64,000 nt of DNA from Torpedo marmorata. Taxonomy: Eukaryota. Under the pieces are notes generated by a model. The model had not been told where the DNA came from and did no database searches. It saw only the letters and a list, made by a program, of their open reading frames with translations. Positions within the stretch are counted from its first letter, which is position 1; every line of letters starts with the position of its first letter. The DNA lies in assembly GCA_977017645.1 (NCBI GenBank), contig OZ360236.1:4898001-4962000 (forward strand), read 5' to 3'. A program made the translations under genes and the position numbers. Below, one piece after another: positions 24,417 to 38,076 of the stretch.

Positions 24417-25949
24417 CCTCTTCCCACTCCTCCCCCCCCCCCCAGCTATCTTGAGATCTCTATTATTACTGACTCTTTCACCCTTAACAATCCCAATGAT
24501 CAGTCATGGTGTTTGCTTTGTGTTGTGCTTTGTTTTGTGCCTTGCCTTTAGTCTTCAGTGACAGGTGGCTACTATGTAGCTACAGACTCAGACAATAACT
24601 CTTGCATATAATACTGGAATCAAATCTTGAGTTAAATGTGGAATATTAGGAGCCCAGCCTTGTCTTGAGAAACAGCAGCTATGATGGTGTGAGTGAAAGT
24701 GAGGGAATGTAGCCCAGCCTTGCCCAGAAATGAAATTTTGGCTAAGATCTGAATGGCAGCAACAATGGAGCTTTCAGGTGTATCCCAGCTACAGGTATGG
24801 TAAGGAAAAATCACCGAACAATGTGATTCCATGTAAAATTAAAATCTCACAACAAAAGGGAGTGACTGTGCCTCAGTAACGTAGCCTCAGGGATTTGGGC
24901 CTGTCGCGTTCCCTGTTCAGGGTGCTGAGTTAAGATTACAGGCTGGCACAGAGCCAAGATCTGGACGACACATCACCAATGCCTCTGCTAGCTGCCATGG
25001 GGACCAAAGACATGGATGGTAATGGTAGAAATTGGCAGGCAGCAATGATCCTTCTAGTACAGAAAGGTAAGCCCGTGATGTATGATTATGGCAAAGCATG
25101 TCAGGCTAACAACTGGGGGGGTGTGTGTGTATGAGTAAGGCAGGGGATCTATGCTCAATTTTGTCTGCAGATTTGTAAGTAAATTGAAATTCAAAATAAT
25201 GGTGATAATTTCAAAGTAAGAACTGTCATTACCTCTGATTTAAAGGGAAAAAAATCTCCCCTCCCTTAATTCCTCCCCCCCACTTGTTGTAATGCCTTGC
25301 ATTGAATTTGTATGTAAAGTACATGTAGCATTGGCTACAATCTAGAATTGATAAACTGATCTATTTACACAAAAGATACAGTACAACTTTATTCTGCAGG
25401 TAGAGCAATCAATAAAAAAATAAAGAATTTCATTAACTATTGTATGTAATGTCCTGCATATTTCTATACCGGGATTCATAGTACGGTAATCTTTAAGTAT
25501 TTAAAATATAACACTTGTCAGTATCTTTGAATCACTCACTTTAGCTTTTGAATCAAATGTCAATTTGTGAGAATTCAGAACATTTTAAGTTTGTCTCTTG
25601 AAAAGATCGTCCATTTGAAATTCTCCGTTGCAATGTGCTGTGATTGCTAGCACTCTGCCTTATTCCTCAGTTTTGTTTATACTGGATCTTTTGCTGGTTA
25701 ATATTGTGGCAAAAGAAGGGGCGTGAAATGGCAGGCCTGACACCGTTGCTTTAGGTCGCATTTATTGTGCAGAATCAAATATTTGGGAAAATCTAAGAAA
25801 CCCTTTACTAACCTGCCGAATCCCATATCTCAATAATGATGTATCCACCAACTATGCACTAAAGGGATTTCTAGAGTTAAGTTGACTGAAGTAAATTAAA
25901 GCAGTTAGAAAAAACTAGAATTAAGATCACTAAATTTTCAAACTGATGT

Positions 25950-27260
25950 CTAAGTCTCGAGGAATTGTGGAGGTGCTTCAAGGAGGATCAATGCATTCCT
26001 TGCAACACAAAGGTATCAAGATTACAACCACCCTCCCTGATGGAAGAGGATTTCTAAGCAACTCGTATCGAAAAATAATTAAGGTCATGAAGGAAAATAG
26101 CAAGGAATTGAAAATGTGTCAGTACTGACAGTCTTCAGAGTGGCATGATCAAATTTTGAATTTAATGTGACAAAAGGTTTTCCAGATATATTAGAAAAGA
26201 AAAAAAATGCAGTATGAAGTATTGTCCTGAATTTTGGATCAAGCGTTGTAATTGATGCCACACAGGCTGCAATGATGCTAAATGAATTTTTTTCTCTCGA
26301 TTTTATCAAGCAAGTCAGGGTAATGTATAGGATAATAACCCGAGAGGCTCTTCCAGAGACTTGTGACACTATTCATGTCACTATGGTTGAAACCAGCTTT
26401 GGAAATTTGGGGTAAATGGCCCCCAGACTTGAAAATGGATGTACACATTACAGAAGTTCTTGCTAACACACATCATCCAGAAAGAGGATGATGATTCTCC
26501 TATCTTTTTGTAAAAAAGTGAAAATTATTCAAGGAACTACAGACTGGTAGTTTTGACATCCATTGTGGATTAAACTATGAAAATCCTTATTATGGATAAG
26601 ATCATTCAGCATTGGAGCAAAAACAAAATTCTGGTTAGCCAGTTCAAGTTCTTGAAAATCTCACTTTCAATGTTGTGATGCCACAGCTTGATTTAAAATG
26701 AAGGTAGATATTGTGCACTTGAATTTCAGTAAGGCATTTGAAAGTTTCCATGGAAAGAATGATACTAAAAATATCTTCTGGGTTGGCAGTGGGTTAATTA
26801 AAACCCAGCAGCTGGTGATACAGGGATTGTCCTCCAAGCACAAGTAAGGACAGAATGGATTCAGTTCTAGTGACTTACAAATTAAAAACATTGACTTGTG
26901 GTTACTTTCTCAAAACAGATTAAAAGTAAGTATGGGAGAGGAATGAACAAGGAACTGTTTCACTGATGGGATGAGAATAATGTAACAAAGCACAAAATTG
27001 TGCATGTGGTTTCAATAACACCATCGTTGGTAAGAGAATTGAAATAGAGCTCTCATTTGACTAACAAAATAAAGGCACAAAATACTCTAATAAAGCTTAT
27101 ATTTTAAAACCAAAATTATTATTCTTTTGGGGGTGAAGGAACATCGGATTTGGAGGAGGCTTAAAGTCTCTTTGAATCAATTGGATCCTGGCTGAACCAA
27201 AGTGCTTCAATTGGCCTAACTCGCCTGTGTTAGCCTAACCCCTTACAGAAGAAAAATCTT
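25950..27260 (+). mobile_element. Old CR1-like ORF2 remnant
   Basis: Decayed MLNEFF, NYRLVVLTS and VDIVHLNFSKAF (YLDFxKAFD) motifs. Confidence 0.6.
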
Positions 27261-28949
27261 ATGAATTCAGGAAATTCTGGGGGACATGCTACAAATTTCC
27301 ACAACCCTTTTTGAGCCACTTTCTGACATGAAGCAAGAATGTTCTAATTTTAAAGCTCTGCTCCCTTAACCTGGTTTTACCACCAGATGAAATGGTTATA
27401 GTCTATCAAACCCTTTAATTACAAGCACCACAGTTACACCACCCCTTCACCTATACTCATTAATTCTGGCGCAGTCTCATTTTTGAATTTTAAAATGCTT
27501 GTTTTCTACCATTTTTTGTGCTCCACGAAACAGCCATCACTTGGTAAGGTAAATTTTGGTAATGTGACCTTTTAAAGATTTGCAGTACATTTCCTTTCTC
27601 ATGCCTTACTACTCTACTCCCACAAATGGTGTACATTGTCCACATTGCATACCCTCTCCCTACATAATGTTATCTCACCAGAAAAGGGAACTGCCAAGAA
27701 GAAGCAAGCATGTTCTATTTCTTTGACAGGTAGGAAAACATCGCACTTCACTGCCATTCCAAGGTTTGTGTTGTTCATTCATGAGATATAAAGGGAGTAT
27801 GTTTAAAAGTGATTGTGGCTGCCTTGGATATTCTGTGATTCTCTCTGATGGCCCTGGAGTTCTACGTGCTGCATTGACTTGGAATACAACTGATCTAAGT
27901 GAGCTGATGATACCAGAAGCAACTTTACAACCATGGGTCTGAATTTTGTGTTCTCCATGACTTTCCTGGATGAAAGCAAGTTCGAACCCAACAGCTGCGT
28001 CACATGTATACATTTAAGAGTTAAGTAAACTGATATTATAGTTATAACTAGACACTGAAGTAATCTATTGGCGCCAATATCTATCAAGGCTCAATACAAT
28101 TCATTGTTTCCCTACAGTGCATCTTTTTTATTAAACACTTGTATTTATTATCTAACTCTAAGTCCCAAGTTGAACTGAAATCCATCTGATAAAGGTACCC
28201 TCACAATAATAGGGTATTCCAGAATTGTAATCCATTGATGTTTGAACAACAGAATGTTCAAATCATGTTGAATGTAAGTTGGTAGGGAGCTTGGAAGTGA
28301 TTGTATTTCTATCCACCTACTGCCCTTTATTACTGAATGCCAGGGTCTTGGGATATGCTACTGAAGAAGCATGGGTGAGCTGCTGTAGTTGGTATACTCT
28401 ATGGCCACGGTCATCTGGTGCACCAATACTCACTTAGAAAACAGTTAGCATCAATTTAAATTTGTTAAGATAAAGTTCTTGAGGAGGAGCATGTTTTTTG
28501 TCTGCAGACCTTCAAGTTAAAATGTTCTGCCTCTGATTTGATGCCATCCACTTATTCTTGGTCAAAGTTGTCAGGAAAAGAAAAAAAAGCACCACAACTA
28601 ATTTCAAATTGTTACACACTCCATTAGAGAAATAGGAGTAGAGTTTAATGGGCGGAGTACATAGAACACTCCAATTTAACTCCCTAAACAGTTTGTCCTC
28701 CATATAGGACAAATTCTCACACCAAAGCATCCTCTTCAATCATTAGATTTAATAAGTGCTATGTTCAAAATTTTAACAAGATCACCAAATTAATGATAAT
28801 CAAGCCTAATGCTAATCTCTGACCCAATAAGAGCTGTTTATAGTCTATGAATGAAGTTTAGATAGTTATCCTGTAAAATCAATGGTTGAGTTTTTGGGAA
28901 TTACATTTTTAATTTCAGTGGAATTCTTTTCGGAGCTATTGTGGATAGT

Positions 28950-29800
28950 AAGGAAAGTTGTCAAAGAATTTAACAGTATAAGACCAATTGGAAATATGGA
29001 CAGGGAAATAGTAGATGGAGTTTAATCTGGGCAAGTGTGAAGTGTTGCACTTGGAGACATCAAGTGTAAGAGGAGAGTTTACAATAAATGAAAGGATTAT
29101 TGGATTTTGGGATTCAAGTCCATAACTCCCTGAAAGTGGCAACACAAGTAGATTGAGTGGTAAAGAAAGCGGATGGCTTCCTTGCCTTCATCGGTTGGGG
29201 TGTTGAGTATAAAAGTTGGGAAGTTGTGTTGCAGCTGTACGAAGCTGGTTAGTCCCTGTTTAGAATATTGTGTTCAGCTGTGGTTGCTGAATTACAAGAA
29301 AGATGAGGAGACTTTGGAGATGGTGCACAAGACATTCATTAGGATGTCCGTATTGGAGAGTATTAGCTTTAAGGAGAGTTTGGACAAACTTGGATTATAT
29401 TCTCTGAAGTGTTAAATACTGAGGGGTAACCTGATAGAAGTTTATAAAATTACAAGAGGCTTAGACAGGGTAGATGGTCAGTGTCTTTTACCAAGGGTGG
29501 AAATGTCAGGTACCAGAGACCCCAGATTTAGGATGAGAGGAGGAAAATTAAAAGGAGATTTGCAAGGTAATTTTTTTTTTACACTGAGAGTGATAGATGT
29601 CTGGAATGTGCTGCCTGGGGAAGTTGTGAAATCAGTTATGATCATGATGATTAAGTGGCATTGTGAAAAACACATGAACAGGCAAGGAAACAAATATAGA
29701 CCATGTGCAGGCAGATAGGCAGTTTAAATTGGCATCATGGTCAGCACAGACATCGTGGGCCATAGACCTGTTACTGCGTTGTACTGTTGTTCTATGTTGT
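28950..29800 (+). mobile_element. CR1-like LINE 3' fragment
   Basis: LVSPCLEYCVQLW...LGLYSL...FFTLRVIDVWNVLP, plus CR1 tail. Confidence 0.88.
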
Positions 29801-29974
29801 AATATCCTTGATCTCTCCAAATGAGTTTCATCTGTGTGGTAACCAAAGGGCCAAGAGCAGCATTCTTGCGCTTTCTTAAAATGTGCAGAGTACACAGAAA
29901 ACTAGCTGAGAACAAAAACATAGTACACTCAGATTTTATAATTATTCCACTAGATTACCCCTTTCACTTCATTA

Positions 29975-30305
29975 CGAACAAGTGGACGTGGAGAAGATGT
30001 TTCCAGTGGTAGGAGAGTGAGACCAAAGAGCACAGTCTCTGAATCGAGGGGCGTCCCTTTAGAACAGAGATGAGAAGTTTCTTCAGCAGAGGATGGAGAA
30101 TCTGGAGTTCGTTGCCATAGATGGTTGTGGAGGGCAAGTTATTGGGTTGATTTAAAGTGGAGGTTAAGTTATTGATTAGTGAGGATGTCAAAGGTTTTGG
30201 GGAGAAAGCAGAAGAATGGGATTGAGGAAAAGTGCATCAGCCATGATTTGAATAGTGGAGCAGACTGGGCCGAATGGTTGAATTCTGTCTCTGCATCTTA
30301 TAGTC
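29975..30305 (+). mobile_element. CR1-like LINE 3' end
   Basis: gtggacgtggagaagatgtttcca...ctgggccgaatgg tail. Confidence 0.8.
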
Positions 30306-33300
30306 TCTCCACCCCTGTGGCAGTTCAATGCCAGCAGAATTGAAATAAAGTTATTCATGGGCAATTGCCAAATAAACTGAAATTATAGCAAAACATTTAA
30401 GACCTTGAGCAATGCACCATGGGCAGTCCTTCAGAAACACTTAATTATTGATGGTAGAAAGGTACACCATTTCATTACGTTCTTGTCCAGAAGTTGAGTG
30501 AAGCCCCTCCAGAAGAAGACATTAGTTCATATCAGATGAATTCTACAGTAGCTGAAATTTTGTGCACCCATGGATAATTGCACTTTAAAATGCAAAATGC
30601 ATCCTCTTCTGAGAACACCATTTCAAATGTAATATCCAGTTATTGCCTTTTTGCATGCAGATTTTTATTGCACACAAACTACATCAAGGATCTGCAAACA
30701 AAGTGTCTACCTGACCAGCCAGCTGCATTCTATAACTGGGTGGATGTTCTACTGCCCATTCTTTAAATTACATGAGCACAGTGAATTGGCAAAAATAAAA
30801 AAATATTGTTATCTCTGTCTGGTAAATGGCTACTGAATGCACATTTAGTGTCATTGAATTCAGATACCCAGTTATTAAATGCATCTCCACGCCAGATCAT
30901 CCTCCAGAACCCCACTTGACAACATGCTCGTCTGCAGTATTGTTGAGAGGAAAACAAGACAGAGATTTGCTGTCACGTCCTTGGTGTAAAAGGGCATCGT
31001 TAAGCCTCTGAGTGCTTGGGGCACGGCTTAATGCTGGTCTTTGCCCCTCCCCATTGACTCGTGCCATTTGACATGCTTTCATAGAAAGGCCATTGAGGCC
31101 TGGCTAGAGTTACTGCACATGTAATCAGAGTCAACCAAGCTGCAAGTAAGTCTTTATGTTGTGTTTTAAATTAAAATTTTAAGCATTTTCTTAGTACGAA
31201 AATCTTCTGAAATTTGTTTTGAAGTCTGGTCGTTGGGGACTTTTGTGCCACCTTTTCCTCTTGTGTGAAGGACCACCAGATAGGCTAGGCAGGTGATTTG
31301 CTTCACCTCTGACCATTAGCCACTGGTCCAGTTAAGGCTAGTTAGAATTCATGAAACATGCTTCCATTACAAATCAAATTAAGATGTGTGGCCATTACCA
31401 CATTACAGTTACCATTAGCACATTTGGCAATGAATATTTCTCATCTGTTAGCATATGGTGGTTTAGCTACCAGCCTTCGATTTGGAGATATTTTTTATTT
31501 AACTTTTGCACTGGTTATCTGCTGCTGCCAATCCCTTTACGAGGTATTCCATCAATTATGTCATTAATGTTGAAGTTTGCAGCTATAATTTATAGGTGGA
31601 CAACCATAAGTATCTGAAGATTTCATGAGGTGTGTTTATTTGATTACGCAGCAGTTACATTAATCAGAGTGGATATAATACCTGTTCGCCCTAAGCATTT
31701 TGACCTGCATGGAGATCACACTGTAATGAAGAATCTCTGCGTTACATGGAACTCTCCACTTCATGGAACTTTACCATGCAGTTTGGTTTCTACTTTTTTC
31801 TCTGGCTGACGTTTCCTTTCCACGGAATAAGCAATGAAATTCTATCATGCAGAAGTGGCTGTTCTTAACTACAAATGTTTCACTGCTGGCCATGACATGG
31901 AAGAGTATGTAACCTGCTTCTATATGAAGAGCTGTCCTTCGTCCAGATGCATATGGATCATTACGCAGTGCACCACACAACTTTTGAAAACAACGCTATT
32001 CATGGGCAATTGCCAAATTAGGCAGGATACTCTGACAAATACTACCCCTACATTTGTTACTCTCACACTTTTAAAAAAAAAAATCATAATCATAACAAAG
32101 TTTTTTTAAAGAAAAGGTGAAGTTAAATATTTTAGTGTCAACATCAAAGTGAAATCAAAACATGAAGCCTAACAATACATTGAGAGGCCAATGTACAAAG
32201 CAGTGGCATTATCTAAGGAAATCACTTTTTGTGAATGCTGGAGGAGAAAAGGCATCATCAAAGCAGACCCTTAAATACCCAGCTTACAAGACAGAAATTT
32301 GGGTTACACATAGAATTTCACCTATATTTGAAAAATCAACCAAAATTGTTTGCATCCTAAAGTCTAGAGGATTGGGAAGTAGTTAAATAATGGGAGTATC
32401 AACCACACCTCTATCTTTACCGTTTCAAAATCCTGTGTATGATCTAAGAAACTATTTGACCTTGAATAGTAGAAATGGTCATAAACCTGCAAAATGCAAA
32501 ACATGGCCTGCATGATGGATACATCATAACCGAAATATTTTGTCCTGGAACTTTTTAAAAATAAAAAATTCTCAATAGAGGATAAATTTGTATTTTAAAA
32601 GTAAAATGTTAGTGTTAAAGGTCAAAGTTTGCAAGGGTCCCCATGTAGATATGATATGCATTCATCTTGTCTCCACTGGTAGAGCCTTTTTTGGCAAGTA
32701 ATGAAAGAAGCTACCACCCACTTGTGGAAGATATTTATTCCTTCCACATTGTGGTCAGAAACTAGGTCACCCCAGAACCTAGAGGATTTGCCTGCAAAAT
32801 GTATTATGATGAAATGGAATTTGTTAATCTAATCATTAGGGGAAGTCCTTTAAAAAAAATTGATAACATGCTGGATTATTTTAGAATTCTGACTGGCTCT
32901 CTAATGACCTCAAGGGAGGGGAACCTGCCCCGATGACTTTCACATAACACGACATTGTTGACTCGTTCACACCTCCTAAAGTGGGACATCCGACCTCTTA
33001 GTAGTGTATACAGTACATCTCAAAGAGAGCATAAACATCCATTTTGGAAAAAATAAAGGTTAGTGTACGTGCTCATGTCTAAAACGTAGGAGAATTTTTT
33101 TTGAAGAAGACGCACAGGCAACTGAGAATATTGTAATTTAGACATCACATCTGAAACCTTATCTAATGTTCCCCCTTGGATGTTCAATACAATTTGAATT
33201 TAATAGGTAATATGAAAAAAAACAAAAGGTTCCTCAGTATGATGTTGATGGGAGATTTATTGTAATGGACATCTTACCCTCTCGCACTCCCAATTGTTAA

Positions 33301-34184
33301 ATCAAGCGGATCAAACCAGTTCTTATCACAACAGTGCCAAAAATCAGAACACATTTTATAGAGCATATTAAAATAGTTTTTTAAAACAAATATATAGAGG
33401 ATAACATTATTATCATAATTAGTTTGGAGCAAAGTTCCCTAAATGAATTTTTGAAATACATTTAGAATATTCAACACAAGCAAAGGACTGACAAAGCTGA
33501 ATTAGTATTGGGATGAAGTCATTATCATTTGAATAAACATTATTTTCAAGTAGAGATGCACACTAAATAACTACCAGAGCGCTGATTGTGTAAGTATGCT
33601 GCTGGGGACTTACCACAGCATAATGATCTTTAAGATTTGTTAAAAGCTACACTGCATTGTTCATGCTTATAAAATTGGGTCCCCTTTGTATTATGCAATT
33701 AGTATGAAGGCAATATAACAATTGTAAATGAAAGTATAGCTCTTTGAGAGAAATTATATACGAATCACAACAGTAGCACATCGTGCCTTGGTACTTCTAA
33801 ACTAGAATTGGCCAGTGAGTTAAAAAGTATACATGATTAACTTCGCGACGTGTTTCAAGTCACCAGTAATAATTAATGGAGAATTACAATCAAGTTTGAC
33901 TTCCATTAGAACATGTTTGTTACATCAACTTTCATTTGAGCTCAGTATTGAACATAAGCATTTACATTTACGATATATTGTGACAAATTTGCAGTGGGAT
34001 TTATTGTGCTTGCGTGTGGCTGTTCATAAAATTTTGTTTCTTCCCTTTCTGCTGTTCTTTAATCAAACTTGTCTGGATTTTTTTTCCATGTATCTTTCTT
34101 TACTTTTCATTTTACTGATTTTCTCAGTTGAAACAGTTAAAGCATGGTTTTTCTCCTTAAACTATCTTATGCTATCTTAAGGTA

Positions 34185-34338
34185 GATTGGTGATGAGTGA
34201 AGTTCCTACACGTGTTTTTGCTGAGCCGTGATAGAAGGGTGATATTGAGAGGGGATGGAAGAAGGCCATTTGCCTCCTTTTACAGCCTATTCTTAATTTT
34301 TCTTTTGATGAACTGCTAGGCTGGCGGTGTCTGAAATC
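34185..34338 (+). ncRNA. Candidate intronic long-form box C/D snoRNA or scaRNA
   Basis: C box GTGATGA 34190-34196, D' CTGA 34221-34224, C' TTGATGA 34305-34311, D CTGA 34331-34334. Terminal stem GATT/AATC with a 3-nt bulge (K-turn geometry), imperfect hairpin between D' and C', sense to the host gene. Confidence 0.4.
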
Positions 34339-35775
34339 CCACCCCAATTTTACTTGCATAAAAATTGGTCAATAAAGAAGAGGAAGGCAAGTGTAATGAA
34401 TGAAATTTGCTAGTAGAGGATAGAGGAGCAGAAATGGAAAATACAAGGCTTTTGAAGCTGTTTGAGCATGATGAGGGCTTCTGTGTTGGCCTACCTATGC
34501 ATTTGGAAGGTTTTGCGCAGATCACATTGGTGGTACTTCTGCAATACTTTGATATCTGGACAACTTTTAGATTGTCTCTCTCCCTCCCCCCCCCTTCTCT
34601 CTGAGTCATGTAGGAAAGTTGGGATCACTGCTATTCAGTGAACCTTCAGCTTGATGCCCGCTTTGTGTTTTGGTCTTCTTGCACTCTTCCACAGTCGGCC
34701 AAAGGTTGTGCTGGAGGCGCCGGTGAATTTCATCATTCTTATTTATCTTTACCTAGAGTTTGATCCTGAGATATTGAAACTGCTCCCTTTACCTTGGTTC
34801 TCATGAGAATCAACGGCATGGTGAGGGGGGGGGGGTGGGTGGAGTGGTGGGAAGAGATATGCGAGTCATGTTGTGGTGGATCTTTGGGATCAGCGCTGTG
34901 CAGCAGGGCAAGTTGGCAGAGAATCTTTGTCATCCACTTCCATCTACAACAGAGAAAAGTGTCCAAATGACAGTTTTCCATTAGTTCCACTCTTATGGGA
35001 TGCATTTCGGAGGTGCTGTTTTGAAGGTAGGAAGATTAAAACCAAAGGCACAGAAGTTGGAGTAAGACCTGGAAGCTTGGGCTTATCTTTGCAGATGGAA
35101 TGAAAGTGTTCTGCAAAGTATCCCCCTGACCTGCGTTTCATTTCCCAGAGACTGCATTGATTGGAGCATACGTCCAGCAGTGAGATGTTGACCCCTAAGC
35201 ATGCAGCCTCACTTTATTCAAGTTGGGGTTCAAATTCCATCTTGGGGAAAAAAATATGTTTTGTCTCAAAAGTTCATAATGGTCCAAAGTCGGCAGGCAA
35301 AGATAACAATTTTTGGACGAGACTGCAGTTTCATTGGCTCTGATTTTTTTTTTTAAATGGAGAATCACTGGCAATTAGGAGACTTCATGCAATCTATGTT
35401 CTTCATTTGCAGGCAGAATTAATGTGCGTCCAAAAGTGTACTGGTTCCAGATATTGGTATGGTGCAGCAAAAATGCCTTTCATTGTTGTGTTTGCAGATA
35501 AATGTAGAGGCATCCAATTAATTCTACTTTATCTCTTTCCCTATAAAGTTGTTCCCTTCAAGTATTTTTCCAATTCCCTTTTGAAAACTACTATGGAACC
35601 TGCTTCCAGTGCATTCTAAATGATGTGTCTAAAATGTGTACATTATTGTTTGAGTTACATGCTATGTTATGCCTGTCTTCAATTTGGATTTGTGCACCAG
35701 GTAATATTAGTTGTGAATATGTTACATTTATCCATCAGATTTCAAAATGTTTATAATTTGTTTGTGCCCTTAAAG

Positions 35776-35905
35776 GAGCTTGAAGATGCACATCCTGCTC
35801 AGAAGACCAACCTTCCACTTCCTGACATCTTCAGCAGCATGCTTAAAGATACGACAAATGAACATCGAGCCCACCTGTTTGATCTGAACTGCAGAATCTG
35901 TACAG
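35776..35905 (+). CDS. DIDO1: DIDO1 exon (DIFSSMLKDTTNEHRAHLFDLNCRICTG)
   Basis: Acceptor cttaaag|GAG, donor G|gtaaac. Conserved DIDO1/PHF3 HxxHxxDxxCxIC motif; phase 0 to 1. Confidence 0.93.
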
Positions 35906-35992
35906 GTAAACAGCTCCGAGAAATTTTGGGACATATGAACACTACTCAGAGCAATAGGTTTGTGAGCACAAACTGTGTTCCTCAATTATGAA

Positions 35993-36209
35993 TAAAAACA
36001 CAATGCTGGAGAAACTCAGCAGGTCAAACAGTGTACTTTATATAGCAAAGATAAAGATACATAACCAACATTTCAGGCTTGAGCCCTTCATCATACTTAG
36101 GTTATGTATCTTTATCTTTGCTATATAAAGTACTCTGTTTGACCTGCTGAGTTTCTCCAGCATTGTGTTTTTACTTCAACCACGGTGTCTGCAGACTTTT
36201 GTGTTTTAC
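35993..36209. mobile_element. Penelope-derived fold-back element with apparent target-site duplication
   Basis: Near-perfect arms of about 75 bp; tcctcaattat occurs on both sides (35979-35989 and 36210-36220). Confidence 0.88.
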
Positions 36210-36917
36210 TCCTCAATTATCATCATGCTATGGGGTAAGGCAGAAAATTGGCTATAATACTGCATAATTAATCCAGAGGGCTAGACTACTAAACAAGAGA
36301 CACGAGTTCTAATCCACTGTGCCATCTGGGTAATTTAATTTCAGTTAATATGAATTTGGAATTAAAAGCACGTATAAGTAAAGATAAACCATAAAGCTAT
36401 GGCATTCATGTTGGGGAATCTCATGGCTACATTTCCGACTGTACATGACTCCAGACCTACAACATGACTCTTAATTCCTTCTGAAATGGTTTTGAAATCC
36501 ATCCATTTGTATTAAAACAATTATTCACAATTGGTGTTTTTACTGCAGACGTTCAAGAAGATGGCCATCATCTCAGATGAGCTAGATGGACAATAAATAC
36601 TGGCTACATCAGTGATGCTCTTTAACTTGTAATGTAAAATTGATGCATCACATCTAACATCAAAGGCTGCTTTTCAATCAATCACATCTGATGGCTCTTA
36701 AAAGTGTTATTTTATTAATCCCATTCCTTCCTGCTCTATCACCCACAGTCTTGTAAGGTTTCCCTCATCAAAGACCATAAAACAGGAGCCGAATTAGAGC
36801 ATTTGGCCCATCGCGTCTGCCCCGCCATTTCATCACGGTTGATTTGCTATCCTTTTCAACCCCATTCTCCTGCCTTCTCTCATAGTCCTTGATTTCTTTC
36901 CAAATCAAGAACCTCCG

Positions 36918-37709
36918 ATTTCAGATTTATTGTCAGAGAACATACATGACATTCACATACAGCCCTGAGATTCCTTTTTCCTGTGGGCGCGGCAGAATTA
37001 CCATTAATTTGTAGTGCAAAAAATAAACTGCACACAGCGTAAAACATGTAAACAAACAAAGAACTGTAAACAGACAACGAATGTAAACAAACTGACCGTG
37101 CAATACAGGGAGAGCAAAGAAAATCAATAATGTGCACAAGTAAGAGTCCTTAAATTAGTCCCGGATTGAGTTTGTCGTTGAGGAGTCTAATGGTTGGAGG
37201 GGTAGCAGCTGATCCTGAACCTGGAGGTGCGAGTCTTGTGGCACCTATACCTCTTTCCTGATGGCAGCAGCGAGAACAGAGCGTGTGCTGGGTGGTGTGG
37301 GTCTTTGATGATTGCTGCTGCCCTCCGATGGCAGCATTCCCTGTAGATGTACTCAATAGTGGGGAGGGTTTTGCTGTGTCCACTACCTTTTGGAGGGCTT
37401 TACGCTCAGGGGTATTGGTGTTCCCATACCAGACCGTGATGCACACTTTCCACCACACATCTGTAGAAATTTGCAAGGGTTTCTGATGTCATAAACCAAA
37501 CCTCCGCAAACTCCTGAGGAAGTAGAGGCGCTGACGTACTTTCTTCACGATGCCATTGGAATGTTGGGTCCAGGAAAGATCCTCCGAGATATTGACTCCC
37601 AAGAACCTAAATGTGCTCACCCTCTCCACCTCTGATCCCCCAATGATCACTGGATTGTATACCTCTGGCTTTCCTTTCCTGAAGTCAACAATCAGCTGCT
37701 TAGTTTTGG
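36918..37709 (-). mobile_element. Rex/Babar-like LINE 3' fragment nested in a CR1 remnant
   Basis: Minus-strand ORF CITVWYGN...ERKALQKVV; 3' end gacaataaatctgaa; flanked by CR1 pieces 36775-36910 and 37710-37880. Confidence 0.8.
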
Positions 37710-38076
37710 TCTACCCAACGATGGCCTCCACAGCCGTCTGCGAAACAAATTTCACAGATTCACCACCCTCTAGCTAAAGAAATTCCTCCACATCTCTGTT
37801 CTAAAGGGATGTTTATGTATTCTGAGGCTGTGATCTCTGGTTCCTCGCTCCCTCGCCATAGGAAACATCCTCTCCACAAAACACGGAAATCTTACAATAA
37901 TATGGATAAAAGAATGAATATATATGGGATGTAATCTAGCCTATATGAATATTTGGACTCATTTTGCACTAGGTTATTATTGGGATTATTGGGAAAGTTG
38001 GGGCTATTTTGCTCAGGTACAATGAATTTAGTGCCAGTGAACAGTAGAATGATAAAGTAGATGAGACTTCAGACTA

